From NCBI GenBank assembly GCA_045121195.1, contig JBGVFO010000167.1:26015-90014 (forward strand): a stretch of 64,000 bases of DNA. The letters are read 5' to 3'. Source of the DNA: Eubacteriales bacterium (lineage in GTDB: Bacteria > Bacillota > Clostridia > Oscillospirales > CAG-272). The notes under the pieces were generated by a model. The model made no database searches. It saw only the letters and a list, made by a program, of their open reading frames with translations, and had not been told where the DNA came from. The translations under genes were made by a program, and so were the position numbers. How positions within the stretch are numbered: position 1 is the stretch's first letter; every line of letters starts with the position of its first letter. Shown piece by piece: positions 10,081-18,653 of this stretch.

Positions 10081-10855
10081 TGTTTTTCTCCTTTTCGTAT
10101 CGGATCCATTTCACCGTGGAGCTTTTTGCGCGTTGCTGCATCGCTTCGTAGACACGGTCCCGAAGCGCGGCGCGCTGCTCTCGCTTGGGGAGGGAGATGT
10201 CGGGAAAGAAGGGGCCGTCGATATAGGTCACGATCTTTGGCTTTTTTGACCATCGCCGTTTTTGATAGGTGTTGGTGAAGCAGAAGCAAGGGACGTTTTT
10301 CTTGACGGGATAATGGAAGGAATCGTCGGGGAAGGGGCGGATCTCGGTATAGAAGGGCCAGATGTGCGCCTCGGGATAAATGACCACCGCGTGTCCTTCG
10401 TCGATGCGACGATCCACCGCGCGGAGAAAATTGCGATAGGCGTCCATATCGTCGGGCAGAGGGAGCGCTCCCATAGAGGGCGTCACACGTCCGAGTAGGG
10501 GCATGGATACGTTGTTGGGATGCACGATGGTGTAACATGTTTTGGGGAGGGTCAAGATGCTGGGGAGAAAGGCGTCCCCCACGATCTGGGTATGGTTGCC
10601 GTACAGAAAGTATCCTGCTTTTCGGTAAGGCTTGAGCTTTTCCCGTCCCACCGTTTTTTGACCGAGCGCCGTCTTGACGTATCCGTACGCAATGGGGGTC
10701 GCCACTATGCGATACCAGAAAAAATGGGTAAAGCGCTTCCATAGGGAATCGTGGCAATAACGGTAGCTTCCGTCGATACGCTTGGGGGTGATCTGCGCCG
10801 TAGAAAACTCGTCGTTCAGCTCGTCCCGATAGAATATGACTCTCTGTTTTTCCAT
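10073..10855 (-). CDS. lysophospholipid/1-acyl-glycerol-3-phosphate acyltransferase-like (PlsC/LPLAT superfamily)
   Basis: HxxxxD motif (YGNHTQIVGD) and the downstream VIYPEAH block. First gene of the operon; TTGACT-17-TATAAT promoter found upstream on the minus strand (~10880-10915). Confidence 0.6.
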   Translation of the reverse strand: MEKQRVIFYRDELNDEFSTAQITPKRIDGSYRYCHDSLWKRFTHFFWYRIVATPIAYGYVKTALGQKTVGREKLKPYRKAGYFLYGNHTQIVGDAFLPSILTLPKTCYTIVHPNNVSMPLLGRVTPSMGALPLPDDMDAYRNFLRAVDRRIDEGHAVVIYPEAHIWPFYTEIRPFPDDSFHYPVKKNVPCFCFTNTYQKRRWSKKPKIVTYIDGPFFPDISLPKREQRAALRDRVYEAMQQRAKSSTVKWIRYEKEKNNG

Positions 10856-10963
10856 ATCCTTCTCCTTTCGTCCTCTTTTTGCGCTCCCATTATACCGCCC
10901 ATAATATAAAAAGTCAACCTACGGTCTTTTTGTAGTGGTATCTATATGGTAGAAACGGAAAAA

Positions 10964-10998
10964 GCCCGACTCTCCTGTCGGTAGAGTCGGGCGGTAGA
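10964..10998 (-). terminator. rho-independent terminator downstream of XRE-TM regulator gene
   Basis: Minus-strand read: CCCGACTCTaccgacaggAGAGTCGGG followed by a T-run. Confidence 0.55.
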
Positions 10999-11007
10999 AT
11001 GGCGCTG

Positions 11008-11628
11008 TTACGCGGTTTTTCTCGCTTTTTTGCGGTAGAGTCCGGACCATAAAAGGATCACGAGCTGTCCGGGCGCCCCCAGCAGATATACCTGCCAGAT
11101 GTTGATGGAAAAAGCAACGAAGCTGATATGAATGGCGGCCAAAAGAGACCACGTCAGCAGGGAAATGATGAGATAATTTCGCCTGCGATTAAACCAAACG
11201 GAGTTGAGGACCAGCCAGACGATGGCGGAAATGGGGATGGCATAAATGAACGCCAACCAATGGTGATGCACGTCGGAGGGAAGCAGGTCGAGAACGACGA
11301 AAGCCAGCGATGCCAAGAACCAAACCAAAAGGATGCTGATAGCGGTCACGATGGAGCGGTTGGCGTGCTTCTTTTTGTCGGTGACCGAGACCGACGACGC
11401 GGACGCCTCTGCAGGCTTTCTGTTGCGGATCAGCTCGTCAAGAGTCACGTCAAACAGGTCGGCGATGGCGACCAGCGTGGCAAGCTCGGGGATAGATTCC
11501 CCGCGTTCCCATTTGGAAACCGCCTTGTCAGAGTAGTGGAGCTGCTCCGCAAGCTCCAGCTGGGTCATACCGTTTTGAGCGCGAAGGGCAGCGATCTGCT
11601 TCGCAACGGTGGATTTTATATCTTCCAT
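11008..11628 (-). CDS. membrane-anchored XRE-family HTH regulator (N-terminal HTH_3 plus C-terminal TM helices)
   Basis: MEDIKSTVAKQIAALRAQNGMTQLELAEQLHYSDKAVSKWERGESIPELATLVAIADLF is a canonical HTH. The C-terminal half has 4-5 hydrophobic helices. AAGGAG RBS before ATG at 11628. Confidence 0.7.
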   Translation of the reverse strand: MEDIKSTVAKQIAALRAQNGMTQLELAEQLHYSDKAVSKWERGESIPELATLVAIADLFDVTLDELIRNRKPAEASASSVSVTDKKKHANRSIVTAISILLVWFLASLAFVVLDLLPSDVHHHWLAFIYAIPISAIVWLVLNSVWFNRRRNYLIISLLTWSLLAAIHISFVAFSINIWQVYLLGAPGQLVILLWSGLYRKKARKTA

Positions 11629-11645
11629 AGAGTACTCCTTTGGGA

Positions 11646-12359
11646 TCAGTGGATCAAGTCGTCGAGGTATCGGGAAAGCTCGTCGAAGCCGCCGCTTGGG
11701 AATTGCGAGATGTCCACGTTCTTTTTGTTGATCAGGCAATCGGTCAACAAAAAGACCTTCATGCCGAGGTCGGCGGCAACCATATCGTCTCCCACGTCAT
11801 TGCCTACCATAAGGCATTCCGCGGGATTTACGCCGAGGCGTTTGGCGATCTCTGTGTAATAGGCGGGATTGGGCTTGCAGTAGCCGATGTTTTCGTAGGT
11901 GGTATAGAGGGCAAAATCATCGGGGGAAAGACCTGCCCAACGCATACGGCTTTCGGTAGCGATAGCAGGGAAAATGGGGTTGGTGGCAAGCGCCACGGTG
12001 ATGCCGGCGTCCTTCAGACGGCGAACGGTTTCCGCCGCCCGTCCGTCATAGCCGCATACGTCCTTTACCGCTTGAAAATCGGTGCGATAAAACTCGTCAA
12101 AGACCGCCTCGTCGTTGCGGGCGGACAGGTGGAACGCTTGGCAGAAGGTATCCCAGAAGACCGCTTCGTTGGACGCCTCGCCACCGTTGCCGATCATAGC
12201 CGCGGTGCCCTTCCAGATGGCGTCGATCAGTGCCTTTGGATCGTATCCGAGGGGCGCCAGCTTTTTTGCCAAGCCGCCGAAATATGCTTTTATAAAAACG
12301 TCCTGATCCATAGGGAGCAGCGTCCCGTCCAGATCAAACAAAACTGCTTTCGTTTTCAT
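11646..12359 (-). CDS. HAD-superfamily hydrolase
   Basis: MKTKAVLFDLDGTLL is HAD motif I (DxDGT). GAGGAAG RBS before ATG at 12359. A TTGACA-17-TACAAT promoter sits upstream on the minus strand (~12390-12420). Confidence 0.7.
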   Translation of the reverse strand: MKTKAVLFDLDGTLLPMDQDVFIKAYFGGLAKKLAPLGYDPKALIDAIWKGTAAMIGNGGEASNEAVFWDTFCQAFHLSARNDEAVFDEFYRTDFQAVKDVCGYDGRAAETVRRLKDAGITVALATNPIFPAIATESRMRWAGLSPDDFALYTTYENIGYCKPNPAYYTEIAKRLGVNPAECLMVGNDVGDDMVAADLGMKVFLLTDCLINKKNVDISQFPSGGFDELSRYLDDLIH

Positions 12360-12451
12360 ATGCTTCCTCACGCCTGGTGATTTATAAACATTCCTTTATT
12401 GTACATCAAAAAAAGGCTTTTGTCAATATTAGAAGCCGGAAATGCCTCTCA

Positions 12452-12487
12452 AAAAACGCCACAGGACCGTCCTGTGGCGCTTTGGAT
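12452..12487 (-). terminator. rho-independent terminator after Gfo/Idh/MocA oxidoreductase gene
   Basis: Minus-strand GCCACAGGACGGTCCTGTGGC followed by GTTTTTTG. Confidence 0.55.
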
Positions 12488-12488
12488 T

Positions 12489-13490
12489 TTATTTCTTCAT
12501 GCCGCCTTCCTCGTAGATCCGACAGATCAGGCGATGGGTCTTGAGGGCCTCCTCGCCGTCGATCTCAAGAGGCTCAAGCCCCAGACAGGCACGGTAAAAG
12601 TTGGAGAGCTGACGCACGTGCCAGTTGCCCCAATAGTCCTTGCCCTTAAAGGTCTGCGGTGCCTTTTTGACCTCCTCCACGGTGCCGTCCTTGTACTGGA
12701 TGAGCGCCTGATTGTAGCCAAAGGTGACCTTGCCCTTTTCGCAGAACAGCTTGATCTCAATAGGCTCGTCGCAGGCGTAATTGTTCATACACCAGAAGCC
12801 GTAGGTCGCGCCGTTTCGGAAGGTGATAAAGCCCTCCGCGGAGTCCTCTACATCCACGATCTTGTGTCTGCGGTTTGCCATGTTGCAGGATACGCTCTCC
12901 ACCTCGTCGTCGATGATCCAGCGAACCAGATCGATGGAGTGGATAGCCTGGTCGATGACCACGCCGCCGCCCTCCTTATCCCAGGTGCCCTTCCAGTCAC
13001 TGTGGGAATAATAGTCGTCGGAGCGGGACCAGGTAAGGGTGGAGCGAGCGGAGATAATACGTCCCAGCCTTCCGCTCTTCACGGCACGCTTGACCAGCTG
13101 TGCCGAATCGTTGTAGCGGCACTGGGAGATCACGCCGAACTTTCTTCCCGTTTCCTTGGAAACGGCGATGGCGCGCTCCGCACTTTCCATATTGACGTCC
13201 ATAGGCTTCTCGGTAATCACGTCAAGCCCCTGCCGCATGGCGTATATGGCTACCTCGGAATGGAGGTAGTGGGGCAGACAGAGCTGTACCGCGTCAAGCT
13301 GCTCACAGGCGATCATTTCGCGGTAGTCGGTGTAAGCCTTGATGTTGTATTTCTGTGCCTTTTCCTCGGCGCGCTCGGGCTTTACATCAGCGCAGGCGAC
13401 GAGAACGGCTTCCTCAAGATCCACGGCGGCTTCAAAGTGCATCACCGAGATGCGGCCGCAACCGATAATGCCGATTCGTAATTGCTTCAT
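12489..13490 (-). CDS. Gfo/Idh/MocA family NAD(P)-dependent oxidoreductase
   Basis: MKQLRIGIIGCGRISVMHFEAA is the Rossmann GxGxxG N-terminus typical of the family. 333 aa. Confidence 0.8.
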   Translation of the reverse strand: MKQLRIGIIGCGRISVMHFEAAVDLEEAVLVACADVKPERAEEKAQKYNIKAYTDYREMIACEQLDAVQLCLPHYLHSEVAIYAMRQGLDVITEKPMDVNMESAERAIAVSKETGRKFGVISQCRYNDSAQLVKRAVKSGRLGRIISARSTLTWSRSDDYYSHSDWKGTWDKEGGGVVIDQAIHSIDLVRWIIDDEVESVSCNMANRRHKIVDVEDSAEGFITFRNGATYGFWCMNNYACDEPIEIKLFCEKGKVTFGYNQALIQYKDGTVEEVKKAPQTFKGKDYWGNWHVRQLSNFYRACLGLEPLEIDGEEALKTHRLICRIYEEGGMKK

Positions 13491-13644
13491 TTGTCACGTC
13501 CTTTCTGTGGGCGATCATTTTTGAAAACGGGGATCGCGCCACAAAACAAGGGTATTGTACCACATTTTTTCGCTTTTGGCAATACTTTCCGAAAATTTAA
13601 GAGGCACCACCGCCCCTTGACTTTGCCTCTGCAGCGGAGTATAA

Positions 13645-13866
13645 TGAAAAGGGATATCACGGAGCAAATGATCCGCGCCATCCCTTGGCACCCACAACAG
13701 GAATCAGAACCGCGTCGGTGCCTGGGTGAGCGATTTGCGACGGTTTGGTTAGCACCGACGGATCCTTTGGCGATGCCAAAGGAGAGGTTCGCTTCAATGA
13801 CAAATGAAAAGGGATGTCACGGAGCAAATGCTCCATGCCATCCCTTGGCACCCACAACAGGAATCG
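13645..13866. repeat. imperfect ~62-bp direct repeat, two copies ~160 bp apart; second copy overlaps 3' 23 nt of tRNA-Arg
   Basis: atgaaaagggatatcacggagcaaatgatccgcgccatcccttggcacccacaacaggaatc (13645-13706) versus atgaaaagggatgtcacggagcaaatgctccatgccatcccttggcacccacaacaggaatc (13805-13866). Read directly from sequence. Confidence 0.7.
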
Positions 13867-13920
13867 AACCTGTAACTACCCCTTAGGAGGGGGTTATTAT
13901 ATCCATTTAACTATGCAGGC
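13846..13920 (-). tRNA. tRNA-Arg (anticodon CCT), 75 nt with encoded CCA
   Basis: Minus-strand read GCCTGCATAGTTAAATGGATATAATAACCCCCTCCTAAGGGGTAGTTACAGGTTCGATTCCTGTTGTGGGTGCCA. T-arm is ACAGG/TTCGATT/CCTGT. Anticodon stem is ACCCC/GGGGT with loop CUCCUAA. The acceptor stem needs three G-U pairs, which lowers confidence. TTGATT-17-TACAAT promoter upstream on the minus strand. Confidence 0.65.
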
Positions 13921-14003
13921 GTGTCGGCAGATGCCGACGGGGTTATTGTATCACATTTCGAGGCGGAAATCAAGACTTTCCCAAAATTTCCGCCACATTG
14001 TAC

Positions 14004-14804
14004 TTAAAAGGTGAATTTGTCGCTTTCCTCAAGCTCGAGGACGTCGACCATAGCCTGCAGGTTGGCAAAGCCCTTTTCCTGCTCGCAGACCTTATGGGAG
14101 TCGCTTCCCACGTAGAACTTACAGCCGCACGCCTTGGCGATCCTGTAGGGACGGAGGGCGCGGGGGAGATCTTCGTCGGAATATCCGTTTGCGGGGAAAT
14201 TCAGCTCGATGCCCACTCCCACCTTTGCTGCCTTGATGAACAGACGGGTAAACTCCTCGTCCGAGATCATATCCAGCACCGTTAGGTGATCCTGCCATTC
14301 GCCGGGGGCGAGCAGGTTGCAGGTCAGATGGGCGATGCCCACCTTGTGGAAGGGAAGATCCATATCAAGGACCTTGTCCAGACGCTTGACATATGCCTCG
14401 GCGCGCTGCTCAAGGGTGACGTCAAGATCAATGGTGAAGCCCTTCATATGCAGATGGGTGGTAGGGATGATGATAAAGCCGAAGCGGTCGTAATGCTCGG
14501 GCGAAAGTCCTACGGTGAGAAACTTATCCATATCGGTCTCGCATCCGAAGACGAATTCCACGTCGGGGTCGGATGGCAGGGGAAGTGCCTCGCAAACGTG
14601 GGCGTAATTTTGCTTCTGGTACCAGCCCGACGCGCCGGGAACCGTTTCGTCCCAGAAATGGTCGGTCAGACAGATTTTGCGCAGACCGTGCGCCTTGGCG
14701 TACTGCAGGATGCGGGCCGGTGTATGCTCGTCATCGTGGGAGCAGAGAGAAAGATAGGAATGGATGTGATAATCGTGATCAACGACAAAACGCATAGAGA
14801 ACAC
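14004..14804 (-). CDS. PHP-domain metal-dependent phosphoesterase (HisJ/histidinol-phosphatase-like)
   Basis: DHDYHIHSYLSLCSHD is the PHP-family metal-binding start, with further His/Asp/Glu blocks. Exact start ambiguous (MFSM...). Confidence 0.6.
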   Translation of the reverse strand: MFSMRFVVDHDYHIHSYLSLCSHDDEHTPARILQYAKAHGLRKICLTDHFWDETVPGASGWYQKQNYAHVCEALPLPSDPDVEFVFGCETDMDKFLTVGLSPEHYDRFGFIIIPTTHLHMKGFTIDLDVTLEQRAEAYVKRLDKVLDMDLPFHKVGIAHLTCNLLAPGEWQDHLTVLDMISDEEFTRLFIKAAKVGVGIELNFPANGYSDEDLPRALRPYRIAKACGCKFYVGSDSHKVCEQEKGFANLQAMVDVLELEESDKFTF

Positions 14805-14882
14805 CTCGTTTTCTTTGATAGGTCAATTTTATCACAATAAACCGTGAAAAGCAAGAGAAAAACGAAAGAAAGGAGCGCAAAA

Positions 14883-15332
14883 ATGTCAGGGAAAAGGAAA
14901 TATACGATACTTGGCCTATTGACGCTGGCGATCCTGTGGACGGCGTTCATTTTCAGTCGATCCATGCAGACCGGGGCGGAATCCTCCGAGGCGAGCGGGC
15001 GGCTTGCCGCATTTTTGCAGTCGCTTTTAGGGGACCTCCCCGTGTCGGAATATTTTATTAGAAAGCTGGCGCATTTCGGAGAGTATCTGATCCTTGCGTT
15101 GCCTGCGACGGGCGCGGTAATGCTTATGAGGCGTCGATGGCTTCCTGTTGCCGCTTGGGGTTACGCAGTTCTCGTGGCGCTTTGCGACGAGTTTATCGTA
15201 CAAGCGCTGACGGCGGGGCGAGGCCCGCGATTCACCGACGTGCTGATCGACAGCGCGGGGGCGCTTACGGGCGTTATTGCGGTGGTCTTCGCAGTTGTTA
15301 TTTTGCGACGGCTCCGAAGAAAAGGGTATTAA
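14883..15332 (+). CDS. VanZ-like family membrane protein
   Basis: ~150 aa, 3-4 TM helices; RKLAHFGEYLILAL is a VanZ-like core. RBS AAAGGAG upstream of ATG. Confidence 0.55.
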   Translation: MSGKRKYTILGLLTLAILWTAFIFSRSMQTGAESSEASGRLAAFLQSLLGDLPVSEYFIRKLAHFGEYLILALPATGAVMLMRRRWLPVAAWGYAVLVALCDEFIVQALTAGRGPRFTDVLIDSAGALTGVIAVVFAVVILRRLRRKGY

Positions 15333-16018
15333 CGAAGTCCCTGCTTCTTCTCCCGCTTTTTCCAGCTGATGAAGTCGTAAATATCGTTGAAGAGAAACGC
15401 TAAGAAGCAAGCCACCATGGGCAGGTAAGAAATATCCTCAAGCGACGCGAGAACCCAAAGCACGATGAGGACGACGTCGTTGGCGCCGTACGCCACGGCA
15501 TAGTAGGAGTTGCGGAGCATCATCAGAGAGGACGCGAGGAAGCTTGTGGCGACCGAGAGGGTGCTGACAAGCAGGTTCGTGGTGCCGAGGGCGCCGAGAA
15601 GGAAATAAAACGCGGCGGTAACGGCTGCCGTTACGAGAACGAGGAGTAGGATCCCTTTTGCCGAAAGGCGATGGATCTTGACCTCGTTTTTTCCTTTTTC
15701 GTAAGGGTTTTTCAGCCACGTGATTACCGACGCCGCCGCGATGGGCGCGGACATGCCGAGATAGGTGATGATCTCGCCGTAGTATTGATAGCGGAACGAG
15801 GTGACAGAATACAGGATGGCGAAGAGGACGGTGAGGATCTGTCCCCACACGTCGCCCCGCGCTACAAAGATCAGGGCGGTGACGCCAATGAGGGTGGCGA
15901 GGAGGGTAACGGGGCCGATCTCGCCAGCCAGAAGATTGGATGAGATCACGGTGGCGAGGGAGAGAAGCCAGATGGTCCATTCTCGCTTTTTAAGTCCGTG
16001 AAAGGGGTTGTGAAGCAT
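15329..16018 (-). CDS. pnuC: nicotinamide riboside transporter PnuC family
   Basis: Blocks LLATLIGVTALIFVARGDVWGQ...YSVTSFRYQYYGEI...ITWLKNP and the C-terminal WKKREKK are typical of PnuC. GGAGG RBS before ATG at 16018. Confidence 0.75.
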   Translation of the reverse strand: MLHNPFHGLKKREWTIWLLSLATVISSNLLAGEIGPVTLLATLIGVTALIFVARGDVWGQILTVLFAILYSVTSFRYQYYGEIITYLGMSAPIAAASVITWLKNPYEKGKNEVKIHRLSAKGILLLVLVTAAVTAAFYFLLGALGTTNLLVSTLSVATSFLASSLMMLRNSYYAVAYGANDVVLIVLWVLASLEDISYLPMVACFLAFLFNDIYDFISWKKREKKQGLR

Positions 16019-16271
16019 AGTTCCTCCAAAAAAATAAACACTCCGCGACGCTTCTTCCAAGACCTAACGAAGCGCCCGAGTGTCCGATTGACACCACTAC
16101 CCGGTGGCAGTATATACGTGCTGACAGCAGTATATCATAAAAACAGTTGTTTGGCAATAGTAGCAGAAGATAAAACGCGAAATTCTGTTAAAAAACTAAC
16201 GCAAACGGAATCTTTTGAGTAAAAATTCGCATTTTATTACAATTTCTTGTGGAAAGTTTGGTGTTTCTCTC

Positions 16272-16300
16272 TTGAAAAAACGATTGTGTTATGGTATAAT
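16272..16300 (+). promoter_or_regulatory. sigma-A-like promoter of atp operon (TTGAAA-17-TATAAT with TG extension)
   Basis: cTTGAAAaaacgattgtgttatggTATAATt read directly. A second TTGACA...TATATA candidate lies at ~16087-16115. Confidence 0.5.
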
Positions 16301-16344
16301 TAATAGGAATTTTTTTGTTTTTGGCACGGAAAAGGAGTATTTCG

Positions 16345-16598
16345 TGAGTAACAAGTTTTTTAGCTTTGTATACGCCATGAACTATATTGCGCAGGCGGCG
16401 TGGTCCTTTGTGTTTCCTGCAGGGATCACGGTGGGCGCGGGGCTCTTTCTTCGGTGGAAATTTGGATGGGGAAACTGGATCGTGGTTGTCACGATTCTTC
16501 TCGGCGTGCTTTCGGGCATTGTCGGTATGTTCCGATACATCATCCGTATGGCGGATTATTCCACGGGCGAATTTAACAAAAAAGATCAGAAGAAATGA
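16345..16598 (+). CDS. AtpZ/AtpI-like small membrane protein preceding atpI
   Basis: GTG start with AAAGGAG RBS. ~84 aa with two hydrophobic helices (AGITVGAGLFLRWKFGWGNWIVVVTILLGVLSGIVGMF). Position and size match AtpZ-type proteins. Confidence 0.5.
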
Positions 16599-16604
16599 AA
16601 AGCG

Positions 16605-17030
16605 GTGCGATATACAACTATGAAAGAAAATAAAAATCCGATTATTGTTGAGACGCTACGGATCTTGCTGGGAATGGTCATCTGCTTGGTACTGATGTTG
16701 GGCGTGTACTTCTTGATTGGCAAGTATCAGACCAAGGTGCTGATTGGCGGAATCCTTGGCACTCTGATCGCGGTGGGCAACTTCTTTTTCATGGCGATTG
16801 GGCTTTCCAACATAGTACGGGATTCCACAGAAGCGCGAATTCGGGTGAAAACACAGGCAAGCTTTATGATACGGACACTGGTGATGCTGGCACTACTCGT
16901 CGTTGCCATCAAGTTTTTGGAGTGCGATGCGCTTGCTACACTTTTGCCCCTGCTGTTCACGCGCCCCGTTATCATGGTAGAACAGTTTATTTTGAAAGCG
17001 AGGGAAGATAAGAATGGACATTCAGATTAA
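16605..17030 (+). CDS. atpI: ATP synthase protein I
   Basis: Small hydrophobic protein immediately upstream of atpB. Start uncertain (16605 or ATG 16620). Confidence 0.6.
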   Translation: MRYTTMKENKNPIIVETLRILLGMVICLVLMLGVYFLIGKYQTKVLIGGILGTLIAVGNFFFMAIGLSNIVRDSTEARIRVKTQASFMIRTLVMLALLVVAIKFLECDALATLLPLLFTRPVIMVEQFILKAREDKNGHSD

Positions 17031-17787
17031 CGGTCCGCGGATATGGTTTGAGATTCCGCTGGGGGACAGTCTATCAATTCCTATTACCGATACTGTGGTT
17101 TCATCCTTTGTCGTTACCACTGTTCTTTGCATCCTTTGCGTCGTCCTCGGCAGGGGGCTGACCAAGCGCCCGGGAAGGCGGCAGGTGATCGTGGAGAAGG
17201 TGGTCACGATGCTCTATAATATGGTGGAGGACACCATGGGAGCGCACAATATGAAATTTGCCCCATATATCGGAGCGCTGTTTGCCTCCTCGATCATGGG
17301 GACGCTGATTAGTACGACAGGTGTTTTTCGCTCATCAACAGCAGACCTTAGCACAACGGCGACATGGGCGCTGATGACGACCTTTATCGTCTGGGGAAGC
17401 AACATCAAGGAAAATGGATTCCTTGGTTGGCTTAAAGGCTTTACCGAGCCGGTGGTAGTTATGACCCCTATGAATATTATCAGTGAGATCGCGAATCCCG
17501 TTTCTATGGCATTCCGTCACTTCGGAAACGTGGTGGGCGGATCGGTGTTGACGACGCTGATCTATTATGCGCTGTCAGTCGTCAGTAGCTTTGTTTTGGG
17601 ATGGATTCCCAATGCGTTTATCGCATCGATTCCCATTTTCCAGGTGGGAATTCCCGCAGTTCTTTCCCTGTATTTTGACTTTTTCTCGGGCGCGATCCAG
17701 GCGTTGGTGTTCTGTATGCTTTCTATGGTGTATATCGGAGCTGCCAACCCGCCGCACCCCGAAAAAGAGGAATCGGGTAAGGAATAA
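17014..17787 (+). CDS. atpB: F0F1 ATP synthase subunit a
   Basis: 257 aa, multi-pass. Conserved blocks MAFRHFGNVVGG and the GAANPPH-like C-terminal region are typical of subunit a. Confidence 0.9.
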   Translation: MDIQINGPRIWFEIPLGDSLSIPITDTVVSSFVVTTVLCILCVVLGRGLTKRPGRRQVIVEKVVTMLYNMVEDTMGAHNMKFAPYIGALFASSIMGTLISTTGVFRSSTADLSTTATWALMTTFIVWGSNIKENGFLGWLKGFTEPVVVMTPMNIISEIANPVSMAFRHFGNVVGGSVLTTLIYYALSVVSSFVLGWIPNAFIASIPIFQVGIPAVLSLYFDFFSGAIQALVFCMLSMVYIGAANPPHPEKEESGKE

Positions 17788-17828
17788 ATTCATAAACAAA
17801 AATTATTATAATTTTGGAGGAAAAACAA

Positions 17829-18065
17829 ATGGAATTTACGCTTGAAGCAGCAAAAGCAATCGGTGCAGGTCTTTGTATGGGTCTTGGCGCAATTGGTCCC
17901 GCGATCGGTGAGGGTACGGCAGTAGCACACGCCCTTGACGGTATGGCGAGACAGCCCGAGGCAGTAGGAACGCTTCGTACCAATATGCTTCTTGGATGTG
18001 CCGTTACTGAGTCTACCGGTATCTACTCTTTGGTTATTGCTCTTTTGATTCTGTTCGTTCTGTAA
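17829..18065 (+). CDS. atpE: F0F1 ATP synthase subunit c
   Basis: GAIGPAIGEG and AVTESTGIYSLVIALLILF is a canonical c-subunit hairpin with the carboxylate (E). GGAGG RBS. Confidence 0.92.
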   Translation: MEFTLEAAKAIGAGLCMGLGAIGPAIGEGTAVAHALDGMARQPEAVGTLRTNMLLGCAVTESTGIYSLVIALLILFVL

Positions 18066-18083
18066 GAGAGGATCTTGATTCAC

Positions 18084-18653
18084 ATGACATTGTTTGGTTT
18101 ATATCGTGTGGCAAGAGAGACGCCTTTCTTTCGTCTTGCCACCGAACCGCAGTATAAGGGACTGATCGGCATCGATGTCTGGACTATGATCTTCACCTTC
18201 TGCAATCTTCTGATCGTCTTTTTCTTTGCCAAGAAGTTCCTTTTGGGGCCGGTCAAAAACATGATCGACAGCCGTCAGAAGGAGGTCGACGATATGTACG
18301 CGGACGCGGAAAAGTCGGTTGCGGACGGCGAACAGTTCAAGGCCGAGTATGAGGAAAAGCTGAAGAAGGCAAGCGAGGAAAGCGAGGCCATTATGCGCGA
18401 GACCGTGAGAAACGCCCACCTTCGCGAGGAGGCGATCCTCCGTGACGCGCGTGACGAGGCGTCTGCCATTCTCAAGCGCGCCGACGAGCAGATCGAAATG
18501 GAAAGGCGTCAGGCGGTAAACGATATCAAAAACGACGTTTCGGATATGGCGGTGGACATCGCCGGTGCGGTGCTGGGGCGTGACATCAAGCCCGAGGAGC
18601 ACGCCGAGCTGATCGATTCGTTTATCGACCGTTTCGGTGAGAGCAATGATTAA
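18084..18653 (+). CDS. atpF: F0F1 ATP synthase subunit b
   Basis: N-terminal TM helix followed by a long charged coiled-coil (EEKLKKASEESEAIMRET...). Overlaps the atpH start (ATGA). Confidence 0.85.
   Translation: MTLFGLYRVARETPFFRLATEPQYKGLIGIDVWTMIFTFCNLLIVFFFAKKFLLGPVKNMIDSRQKEVDDMYADAEKSVADGEQFKAEYEEKLKKASEESEAIMRETVRNAHLREEAILRDARDEASAILKRADEQIEMERRQAVNDIKNDVSDMAVDIAGAVLGRDIKPEEHAELIDSFIDRFGESND

Noticed and set aside
13515-13857. Two near-identical small ORFs (MWVPRDG.DHLLRDIPFH...) at 13515-13697 and 13657-13857
   Set aside because: They are simply the two copies of the ~62-bp direct repeat read in a minus-strand frame and overlap the tRNA-Arg 3' region. Not credible coding genes.
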